Shown piece by piece: positions 22,892 through 35,000 of a stretch of DNA of 64,000 bases. Numbering within the stretch: position 1 is the first letter of the stretch; each line of letters begins with the position of its first letter. The stretch comes from Podarcis muralis. Its lineage: Eukaryota. The stretch is from contig NC_135667.1 of NCBI RefSeq assembly GCF_964188315.1, positions 45,942,001 through 46,006,000 on the forward strand. The letters run 5' to 3'. The notes below the pieces were generated by a model. The model saw nothing but the letters and a program-made list of their open reading frames with translations, had not been told where the DNA came from and searched no databases. Made by a program: the position numbers and the translations under genes.

Positions 22892-25800
22892 AACCAGTAC
22901 ACTTTGCGGTAGTCAGAATGCAAGTGCGGCCAAGACTTATTCCAAAACCTGCCACCTTGCTTGTCGCAGACGGCAGTTTGTTAAACCTTTCCCTGACCTG
23001 TAAGATTGGGCCCTCATTAATGCGTATGAACCCCCAGAATCTGTTTTATTTACTTTGATGTTGTCATACCGCTCTATTGATTCATCGTCTGCACTTTTGT
23101 TATAATGAATATAGTTTTTAATATTATTCATAGTGTAAGTACCGCTTAGAGATTTCAAAAAAAATGAAGTTGTTTTGAAAGGCTTTTAAAATAAATAAAT
23201 ATACCTGTTTGGTGTGGGTTGGCAGAACCAAACAAAACCTATGCAGGACACTTTAAAAGTACTATGATCATGTAGGAAGGGGGTGGTCTTGTTCTTTTTT
23301 GTGCTGGATATTATACACCTGTGCAAATTTTCATCATACTTACCTGGCATCACTCCAAACTGAAGCTTGAGTGAAGCCAATCCAACCATCTTTAGTCCTG
23401 GCAAGGTCAGTGGCCCAATAATACTTATTGCTGGATCTGAACCAGGAAAACCTGCTATTAGCACTCAGTGTAGGCCTAGATAGGGGCAGGGACGCATGCA
23501 ATGTCCCTGGGCTCCTCTCTGGCGTTTGCACTTGTAGCTTCCAAGGTCTGCTAAGGGTTTCTAAGCATTTTGAAGCCAGGTTCTCAATCACAGGGAGCTT
23601 TGCACATCTAAAAACGAGTCCATTAGGGACATTAGAGATAGGGCTTGCATGTGTGCCCATGTCCCATTGAAGTATCTCTGTGTTATAAGTGTAGCACTGA
23701 AGAAACCAAGAAACCGGGCTTGTCTCAAATTCTTTATTTTGCACCAGTTAGGGCAGAAAGAAACACTCAATAAAAACAAAAAAAGTATCATCCCACTACT
23801 GATACAGTGGGTAAGGTATGGTTGTTTTATTGCACTAAAATCTTGTTCTAATCCACATAACACAAAACCTAATGAAATAATGTCAGTTTCCCACCTCAAA
23901 AGTTATCAGCATCTTATTTTAAAAACTTCTGCAAGATGACAAATTACTCTATAAACTTCCACAATATTGGCTGATTTGTAAACACTAAAAAAGGCAGTTA
24001 AACACCATGATATTGCCACACAAATGCTACCAAAACCAAGCTGTTTCAAATATACAAAGCACCACCCTCTTGAGTCTTTTCTGCAAGAATGTGCTATTTA
24101 GGCATATAGCATCTACATCACATTACTGCTTGGCCAAGAAAACAATAGGCAGCGTATCACAGAGGTCTTCAGGTGCGAAGTCGGGAAAAATATGTAAACG
24201 CCTAACTACAGAGCCTGAAAGAGGGTGCAAGTTGAGCTGGAACTATGGGAACCTAGAAGGCTAATTGGATATGCAGGTATTCAAGATGGTTCAGTTCAGC
24301 AGATTCACAAGTTGTGAAAGTGGGCTGGAAACCTTTTAAATAAAACTAAAAGTAAAAGCACAGCATTTATTCAAGTCTCTCTTCAGTCCACAGAGGGTTA
24401 TCAGAATGGCTTTGCACCAAGAATAATTATTTCTAAGGTACACTCTTCCAATCTTTTTGTATACAAACCCAAAAAGTCTGGATGTGGTGTTCTATAAGGG
24501 AAGATATGGATCACCAACTTACTAGCTGCAGCACATAGCTCCACAGTAGGTTCTGTGAAGGTTCTCTGCAGGTCTGAGACACTGGTTAAAATCATACCAG
24601 CGTAGTTAACAACTTGTGCCGGTTTTACTGAAACAAGGCGAAACAGGTATCAGGGTTCCTGTGAAAATCCACACCAAAGCATTAGCAAAATCCAGATGCC
24701 ATTTGTAAATGGTTTATTCTTGAGGAACACAGCACCATCTTCACAGCAATGCACACAGTGCAACCAAGATATGGGAATTAGGTACCCTAAATCAGTCATC
24801 GAGCCAATCTAAATTTGGTCTTCAAATCCCTTTAGCCAAAACAATGCTGCCGCCATACTGATTGCAGAGATCCACAGAAATGATGGTATAGTCTCATTCT
24901 GTTAACAGAGGCTTTTTCTAATGAAATATTCTGAAGCTGTGATCCCCACTTTTATGCTCTACTTGCAAAACTGCACATATTGTGGGTGAGCAGGCCCTAG
25001 GAATCTGGGTTTGCTACTCGTTTTCATCTGTGATCCTAGGCTAAAAAAATTCTGTAGTACCTATATTGTTTTCTTCAAAAAGAGGGGGCCATCTGAGAGC
25101 ATAAAACATCCATGAATTCTGAAACAGGTGTCAAATGACCAGTGCATGGACACGTCAGGCTGACAGACCCTTTGCCACTACAGATTGCAGACTGTTTAGT
25201 GAGGAAGCATGTTCATGGTTCCCGCATAGGTGCTGGCTTTGGTGACAGACAGAGGGTAGCTAGGAGCCAAATATTTTGTTGCTTCTGCCCAAACCTTTAT
25301 GGTGCAGGGTGGAGGACATTTTTAGTGCTGGGAACCTCTCTGAAATAGTTAATAGTAAAGCGTGTGTGTGTGTGTGTGTGACTGTTTGCGTGAGTGTCCA
25401 ACCCACCAAAATATTATTGCCATTATCATGTGCGAGAAGAGCCAGAATAGAGCTCCAGAAGTTCAAAACATAAGGATTTGGGGTCATTACGTGCAAATGC
25501 TTACTCAGGATAGATAGATGCTGCTTCCAATACCTTGCAGATGTCAGGGTCCCATACACAAACATAACAGAGGTACACTCAATTGGATCTGAAGATTTCC
25601 TTCTTACAATCAGCAGCTGGGTACAAGTCACTTCCGTCACTCAAGAGATTTTAGAACTTGCTCTTTATCTGGCTTTTGAATAAAAGCCAATTCCTGTTGC
25701 CTGACTTCTGTTGCATTAAAGACGAGCTGAGATCTGTCTTCCAAGGCCCGTTTTGGAACGTGAACCACAACAGCGGGACATTTTGGCTTTGAACCAAGAG

Positions 25801-26025
25801 TGCAACACACAGCAAGCTAAAAAGGTGAAGGGCATGGCAGGTTCAGCAACAAATATCTTCCGATTCTGCACCAGAAGGGTTTTGTTCTAAAATTCACACT
25901 GTCTTCCAAATTTGCCCAATCAGGCTACACATCAAAGAATGGGGTATTATCCTACTCCTGCACAAGGCTCTCCATCTGTGCTCCATGAGACAGAAGAGCC
26001 ACAGCAGGGAAGGGAAGACAACTGT

Positions 26026-29000
26026 TTATTGGCCGCGGGAACTGGATGGATCCATCTGATTCAGCTCTGACTGATCCAGCAGTTCGAAGTCATCTCCTTC
26101 AGCATCTGTATCGAGCTCCGAGCTGGAGGTCCGGAGGAAGGCCCTGGCACTTTGCTGCCGTCTGTTGCCAGGCACGGAGCCAGACTGGGAGGCCCCTGAC
26201 AAGGCCAGCTGGATCATTCCCCTGGTTACAAAGCCAGCCAAGTCATCTGTGAGGTTGTGCATTAATGGCAGGTTACCTAGGATATCTGAGGTCACTTCCT
26301 CCCGGTCATGAGAAAGTCGCAGCTCTTCCTGGCCTTGTCCACGGCAGGCAAGGCTTGGTATGCCTATGCTGGTATCATCTTCATCGTCTATGCCTGTCAC
26401 CTCAGGGTTGATGGAAGGGAAATCTGGAAGATCTCGGGCAAAGGATTCCTCAGGGTCGCTGTGGCCATCAAAGTCTATTGAGAGAGAATTAGTTTGGCGA
26501 AAAGTCATTACAGTGGTGCCCCGCAAGACAAATGCCTCGCAAGACGAAAAACCCGCTAGACGAAAGGGTTTTCCATTTTTGAGTTGCTTCGCAAGACAAA
26601 TTTCCCTATGGGCTTGCTTCGCAAGACGAAAACGTCTTGCAAGTCTTGCGATTTTTTTCGCTCCCCCCCCCCTTTTTCTAAGCCGCTAATAGCGCTAATC
26701 CGCTAATAGGGTTGCTTCGCAAGACGAAAAAACCGCTAGACGAAGAGACTCGCGGAACGGATTATTTTCGTCTTGCGAGGCACCGCTGTACTCGGTTTCT
26801 TTGCCTACCACTAAGTAGTCTAACTTCCTATTGGAAAACAGGCAATAATTTCTTTAAAACTATATTGTCTTCCCACAGGGATCTATAATGTTGGGGGGCG
26901 AGTAAAAAATTAGAGTTATGAAACCTATTCCCAATACTTGACTGAGCTGCCTCTTCTGCAGGAGAGAGAAAATTTACAAAGCTTCTGTACTGCAGCAGAC
27001 CTCAGAATTGAATTTGAGGGACTAAGAACTAACTCTGTCTGGGTTCTGGCGTTCTTAATTTGCAAATGGGTCTTAAAACAATCCGACAGGCAGGAGCCTT
27101 TCTAACTCTTAACACCGGAAAGCTCTCAACTGAAGGTGCCGAGGACTGAAAGCTCCCATTTCAAAGAATAAAATTCCAGGTTCTGTCACTCAGTGGACCA
27201 GTGTACTCAACTCCTTCCTGAACCAATCTTTGTCTGCTTTATTCAATATAAACTACAAGATTTTTGGAGCAGGACCAAGGCAAACCTTCCATGTTGTACA
27301 GTACCTGGCTGGTCTCACTTTATCCAGGTTTGTAGCCCAACAACCAACAGCTGCAACAGTAGGATTAATATGTTATTTGGTAGCAACTAGGGACGCGGGT
27401 AGCGCTGTGGGTTAAACCACAGAGCCTAGGACTTGCTGATCAGAAGGTCGGAGGTTCGAATCCAATGGGGTGAGCTCCTGTTGCTCGGTCCCTGCTCCTA
27501 TCAACCTAGCAGTTCCAAAGCACGTCAAACTGCAAGTAGATAAATAGGTACCGCTCTGGCGGGAAGGTTAACGGCGTTTCCGTGCGCTGCTCTGGTTTGC
27601 CAGAAGCGGCTTAGTCATGCTGGCCACATGACCCGGAAGCTGTATGCCGGCTCCCTCGGCCAATAAAGCGAGATGAGCGCCGCAACCCCAGAGTCGGACA
27701 CGACTGGACCTAATGGTCAGGGGTCCCTTTACCTTTATGTTCTTTAATAACTTCGATAATAGCTGTCCTCACCTTCAGATCCCTCTGTCAGGGGGGTTTG
27801 ACCTCGTGAGAGATTAAATGTCCCATTCTCGGTATAGGATACTTCTGCATCAGAGTGCTCCGAATCAGAGATAGCCAGCTCTTTGGCAACTATTGCATCA
27901 TCCAACTTGAAAAGAAGCAAGTGATAAAAAAAAAAAAAGATCTAAGCAAGGTAATTTGGGGTTACTGGAGAGCACACATACCTCCACAATGCCATTCAAC
28001 ACCACATGGACCCAGAGACATTCCTCTCAGCAATGGAAATGAGGAACTTGAAAGCCAGGCACTGCCCTCCAGTCCTTCATTTCCATTCTGGATTCTTTAC
28101 TTCATTTTACAGCCACCTAAGTGTTGCCCAAAAATTGTTTTATAAAATTAAAAATCTCCTAAATCTGCTTCTGAAAGTACGAGATGTAGTTGTAATGAGG
28201 GAAATCCAATGGCGCTATAAAAAAATAATTTCATATTCAAGCTAAGAAGAATAGAGCCAGCAGGAGATGCTATATTTCAGAAATCAGGCAAGTTTGACCA
28301 TGAGTAAAAACTCACAGGCCGCCTTGTTGCTTACCCTCCCCCACTCCAATCTTAGCAGCACCCTATCTTAGCAGCGGGTGGCGCTGTGGTCTAAACCACA
28401 GAGCCTAGGCCTTGCCAATCAGAAGGTTGGCGGTTTGAATCCCTGCAACGGGGTGAGCTCCCATTGTTCAGTCCCTGCTCCTGCCAAACTAGCAGTTCGA
28501 AAGCACGTCAAAGTACAAGTAGATAAATAGGTACCTCTCTGGCGGGAAGGTAAATGGCGCTTCTGTGCGCTGCTCTGGTTCGCCAGAAGCGGCTTAGTCA
28601 TGCTGGCCACATGATCCGGAAGCTGTACGCCGGCTCCCTTGGCCAGTAAAGCAAGATGAGCGCCACAACCCCAGAGTCGCCCGCGACTGGACCTAATGGT
28701 CAGGGGTACCTTTACCTTTATTCTTTAACAAGATCCATGCCCTATTTACCGTGGGACAGAAAGCAGCAAGTTCTTCTTCACTGTCGCTCCCATCAGCACT
28801 AGCAGCATGATGGCTCAGCATCTTTTGTCGCACTGCAGAGAAATCAGAGGACAGAATAGCAGTTATAAATGGGAAGGAAACAACTCTGCATGCCCATAAA
28901 GAAGCCAAGCAGAAGAAACAGGTGTGATCCAGAGAGAAGACTTTGGGATTGCAAACCAGAGGCTGCAGAGGGTAGGAGGGGCGCTCCAAGAGCTAAAATG

Positions 29001-32000
29001 CTAACTGACCACTGTGCCCTAATTAGGACTGCAACAATTCCGGTCCCATGTTAGAAACAGTTTGGACATTCAATTGCTCATCAATTGTGGGAAATGCTCA
29101 TTCCCTTCCTCCCCCACCCCAACCCCCCCACAAACTGTGGTCAGGGATGCGAGGAACATTCTTAGGTAACTACTGATTCATTTAGTGTTTTCATCTGATC
29201 TTCTCAGGTTCCTCACATCACCAACAAAAAGAGGTGGCAGACAAGAAGTGGATGAGTTAGTACCAGCCCTGCACAAGACTTACATTGCCTCTCCTTATGT
29301 TTGGACATCATGTAGCCATGAACACTGAAGTCCAGCCGCTGCAGAGCTGGCTCCAATTTGGTGTACAGGCGGTGACCCAGCCGGTGGTAAACAGCAAGTG
29401 GCCACAGAAGGATGGAAACCACTGCAGGAAGAGGATAACAACAGGAGGACTCAAAGAAGGAACTTTTGGAAACTCAAGGCAGTAGAAACATAAGATGATT
29501 GGACCCCACTGAACTTGAAGCATGGGAAGCCCCAACAAAAATTTATAATTTGCAAAATATTTGGACTTCATGATGTGTATTTGTATAATTTGGAATATTT
29601 AATGTGATTTGATTGGATTGTTAAAATGGAAGACTTAATAAAAATTATTATTTTAAAAAAAGGAAACCACTGCAGGAAGAGGATGATTAGAGAGTTGGTG
29701 TTCAATAAACACTCTCAAGACGGCATTTTGGGATACAATATAATAGAACAAAGATATCATGTATTATATCATACATAAAGATCTTATCTAAACGTATAGA
29801 TATGTTTGTGGTTTTATTGTTTGCTTTATACTTTCTTCTTTTTTTGTAAACCACTTAATGGACTGTTTAATCATTATGTACACACAAGTTTGCAATGCAA
29901 CCCAGTTGGAACAGCTCAGAATAGCCTTGTTTGCAAATGCTCTGTACTTTCAAGTGAAGGGCACTCTGCTGCCCAATCCCCGCCCAACACAGATACTCAC
30001 TTGTTAGATAGGCAAGACAGACACCTGGAATGTACTGGCCCAACACAGCCAAAAATGTAAGGACACCGCAAGCCAGAAGGCAGAACTGGAAAACAAAACC
30101 CAAAGTTAGTCTCTACCGAATTGAGAAAAGCGAGCAAGGTGGCTCCTACGGCTCAAGACCATACAGACACACTTTGCTTGCTGCCAGCAAGCTAACTGCT
30201 TGGGAACAGAGACCAAAACAGAGGAATTCTGCTTGAGAAGCCTTGCATAAACATTAGGAGAGAGGGAGGGATGAACCTCATGAGCCACGACTGCCTTTGG
30301 ACCAAGCCCTGGAGTGATTTTGACAGAATCAGGGCAACATTTCTACTTTGGAACGTAGGTGGAAGCAAGACCAGTCCGATGAAAGCTCCATCTAATAGGA
30401 TGGCTGGAGTATTTTCCCATTTTGGCATCCCATTCCTCTTCCCCTTTATACCTGCCTCTCAATCCTCCAGTTTCCTTCTTTCCCAGTAAGGAAAGCACAC
30501 CTGTACAGAGTACTTTGCGTACACAGTTGCAGATGGATTATAAAAAGGACTCTGACCATTAGGTCCAGTCGTGGCAGACTCTGGGGTTGCGGTGCTCATC
30601 TTGCTTTATTGGCCGAGGGAGCCGGTGTACAGCTTCTGGGTCATGTGGCCAGCATGACTAAGCCGCTTCTGGCGAACCAGAGCAGCACACGGAAATGCCA
30701 TTTACCTTCCTGCTGGAGCGGTACCTATTTATCTACTTGTACTTTGACATGCTTTCGAACTGCTAGGTGGGCAGGAGCTGGGACCGAGCAACGGGAGCTC
30801 ACCCCGTCGCGGGGATTCGAACCGCCGACCTTCTGATCGGCAAGTCCTAGGCTCTGTGGTTTAACCCACAGCGCCCACCCACCTCCCAGATGCATTATAC
30901 CTCCACATAAAGAAAAGAGTAATTCAAACTGTTGCTATTCTTTCTTCTTTGCTCCTCCTTCTCCTCCAACCCATTCCCCGATGGCTAGTATCAATGAGGA
31001 CTGCTTTTCACCTTGCCCGGATTTTGCCTTTTGAAGCCCAACAGGTTCCTCATGAAGCTGTCTCCTGTGACCCATCCTTCTGCCAAATAGTGACATAGTT
31101 CAGGCACACTCAGCAGTCGGGGGTGGACGTAGCCCCAGCTGGAGGGACAACAAAAAAGGACATCTTACCTTGCTGATAAAATATCAGGAAAACCTACTGC
31201 AGTTTTAAAATAGCCCTCTTCTCATTCCACCTCATTGAAGCTGCTCAGGGTTCACGTTTCACACGCAGGAAACGGACCCTGCGTTTGAACTTGAAACCCA
31301 CACTTGCTTAATCTGAGCCCTTTCTAAAGCAGCAGCACTCCCAAACACATAACCCACAGAAGTGAATGAAATTTTCTCAATTCATTTCAATGGGATATGT
31401 GCAGAAGAATTTGACACTGGAGGCAACCTTCTAAAGGGCAGACAAGCCACTCACATGTATTCACAATTAGGCTGTTTAAAGGGTGTTAATGAGTACTTAA
31501 ATCTCCATGTCCTTGGCTGTGCACTCGAAGAGATTAAGGAGCAGTGAAGGGGTTGGATTTCCCCAGCTTTTCGACCCATTTTAACAGGAAAACTGGGGAT
31601 TCTAAGAACCCAGTGCATGCAGAGTTCAAGGCCTCAGATTTATGTAGCTTGCAGCCTAAGCCTAATACAGTGGTACCTTAGTTTACACATAATCCGTTCT
31701 GGAGGTCCGTTTGTAAACCAAAACAGGTTGTAACCCAAGGCATGCTTTCGCCAATGAGGCCTCCAAAAATTTTTTGTTTGGTTAAAAAAAAAAGGGGTTG
31801 TAATCCAGAAAAAGGTTGCAAACCGGGACACGCACCTCCGGGTTTGACGTGTTTGTAATCCAAAACGTATGCAAACCAGGACGTATGCAAACCAAGGTAG
31901 CACTGTAATGGTTTACAGCACAATACTCTACATGGCAACTCAGAATGATGTCCTATTCACTGCAATAGGACACAGAATTGCAACCTTACTCTGGAACCTA

Positions 32001-35000
32001 GCAGTAGACTTTCTCCCAAGCAAGCATAGGATCGCAGCCTTAGTTACAAACTATGAGAAGAGGTAGGTAAGCGACAATATTTAGGAGCAAGGGATCTTTC
32101 CTTTCATCCAGCCATGGAAGGGCATTCATTTGCCAATAAGGTTTAAATTAACAAAAAGCATTACAGCTAAGCCACACAAGCACATGTAACATGAGACATG
32201 CTACAAAGAAAAGGATATTCAATTTTTCATACCTTTCATTGTCTAATTCATCAGGTCTTGCTACTAAAACATTAAAGACAGATGAGGATTAGTTGTGAGG
32301 GAAATGCCTGGGAAAACTCTTTGCTGCATAATTAAAATACACAGATGACTTGAGAATAATGCATAATTGTTTCCCACTGACAGCCTGCAACCGAAAACAT
32401 CCTGAGCTTAGTATTTTATCCTGTGCCCCCACTTTTATAAACTCAACTTTTTTATTTATTACGTTTGTAATTTTGTACAGATGCAATTGTACAATTGTAG
32501 AAATGGTTCTGTTGCCTTTAGTTTACAAATGCAAACATTTTGTATTTTATTGCACGCTGCTATTTTGTTGTCGTTTGTGAGGCAGTTTATAAATCTGCAA
32601 ATATATTTAAAATGTATTTTAAAAATTAAAACACTGCTCAAGATAGCTTCTTGTAATGCTCTTATTATTATAGCAGCCTGGGGGTGGGGCTAGCAGTCAA
32701 TGATCTGGTTAGCATGTAATGCTAAACCTCACCATAGCTTAGTGCAAATGTGTGGGTTGCCAGAGAAGATATTACGGTCACTTTGCTTTTCAGTCATTCA
32801 TGTACCGTAATCTGAAATCAAGCTCATGGTCTGACACAAAAGTAACTCAAGTTTACCCTTGTTTTACAGCTCGTGGTTTATCTTATGGAGACAGACCACA
32901 AGCTTGGGTTTGGATGACATACTAAGCCAAACTATGGCTTAGCTCATAGCAGCAGGACTGGAGGAACAAGAAACCACCATCTCCTCTCCCAAGGACCTGC
33001 GGCCTTGCACTAAACCATGATTTTGCTTAGCATTATGTGCAACCTGAACTAATACTCTTTTAGTTCTTATCTAAGATGATAGTTCTCAAAATTTAAGCAG
33101 GCTTTCAATTGGGAACAAGTTTTTTTAAAATCAAATATTACCTCAGCTCCAGCATGTTAGAGAGAAAAACCATCAGGTTTCAGTCTTCAATGAAGCCTTT
33201 AAAACTACTGCTTTAATTTATTCTTCCATCCTTCATGAATACAGCTTTCTATATCATAAACTACTACTATAGTCAACAAATAAATTTTTTTACCATAGGT
33301 TACCTTCCTAAGAAATTATACTATGGTTTTGTTGAATTGACTTGACTGCTTTCAGACTAAAATATAATTTAAGATATACACCAAGATGTTAGTTCAATGC
33401 TCAATTTAATGATGAACTAAAGCCTGGACTGTATGTCTCTATAACCAATAAGAAAAAATACCCCTTTGGAATTTTAACATTGATAAACAAAGGCTTTTTC
33501 TGGAGCTAGAGAACAAAAGCAGATCTTTGGAACATCTGAGATCTGGGTAAGTGACCTTGGAAAGCAAAACTCCAACACATGAACAAGCAGTGAAAATGCA
33601 GCAACCTGAAATACAAATCCCAATTTTCCAAACCACCAGTTTCATTATGGTGGAATTGCTCCTCTCCCTCCCACCACCTGAGCAGCCAGGGTGCCTTTTC
33701 AACACTATCAACTCCTAAACATTCATTTCAACTAGGAAGGCGCCCAGTTTACAAGATCTTTGTCAATGACTGTTTTGATTAATGAGATCTGCAATTTCTT
33801 GAGTTCAGAAATGGGGGTGGGGGAAGAGACCACAGCTGAATTCAAGGGTCAAGTAGGGAAAAACATACCTCTTATTTCAGGCCATATTTTATTCTTCCAC
33901 TGATCTAAACACACTATTAGTATCAGGGTGAAAGCAACCAAGAATATCAGGTGAAGAGACGTCAGAGCAAAAAACCTGAGGGAAAATAAAGCTAGTCAGT
34001 ACACAATTTTCTTCTAGAAATGTTACCTTAAAAGCAAGAGCTGATGTTAGGCCATGGAGCAGGAAAAGCCCAAGATAAATAATTGTTGCCTTATGATTGG
34101 CAGGAAGAGGTTAGAAAACAACGGGTAAGGAATGGAAGGTATCACAACAGCTCTTTGGAGTATATTTCCATTAGGGTTAAATAATGTGTGAGAGAGGATT
34201 TTGTGTGTGTGACCTCTATGACATCCACCAGATATCATCCTGTTTCTGATCAATGATCTGAAAACTGATCATTTTACCTATTCCCTCTGCCAATCAAGAA
34301 GGAAACTGACATTTATGGCAGCTGCAGCTTATTTATTATCATTATATTGAAATCTTAAGCATATGGGTTGCTATGGACAGGAATCAGTTTACAATGGCTT
34401 GTACCTTCTGGCAGGACAATGTTTAAAGAGACTAAGATCAAGGGGAGAAAAATTGTTCGGCATCAAGTGTAAGGAGTTTGCAGAAAAGCGGGAGAAAGCT
34501 GAAAATTGCCTATGGACCACAGAAAGAAGTGTGTGTATGTATTCTCATGTTATTCTTATTTATCTCTTAAAAGTTATTATAAACAAATGAGTATCATCAT
34601 ATCAGGCATTTAGAAAGTATTCAAGTCAGTGGTCACTTTCCACTCAATTATAACCAGAAGCAAAATCTGCAGTGCTACAAAGCTTATTTAAGATCAATCT
34701 GCAACTGTAAGCTGTAAACTGTGAATAAGAGTTACACAGCTTTCTATAGTCAAAATTATTTTTACCATAAATGTAAACATGTAAAGGGACGCAGGTGGCG
34801 CTGTGGGTTAAACCACAGAGCCTAGGACTTGCTGTCAGCGGTTCGAATCCCTGTGATGGGGTGAGCTCCCGTTGCTCGGTCCCAGCTCCTGCCAACCTAG
34901 CAGTTCGAAAGCACGTCAAAGTGCAAGTAGATAAATAGGTACCGCTCCGGCGGGAAGGTAAACGGCGTTTCCGTGTGCTGCTATGGTTCGCCAGAAGCGG

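Noticed and set aside
31169-31193. 25-nt cryptic microexon with a strong donor (CAAG|GTAAGA) 30 nt upstream of RETREG3 exon 4
   Set aside because: The acceptor lacks a pyrimidine tract and the exon would contain a stop (AGG TTT TCC TGA); such motifs arise by chance.
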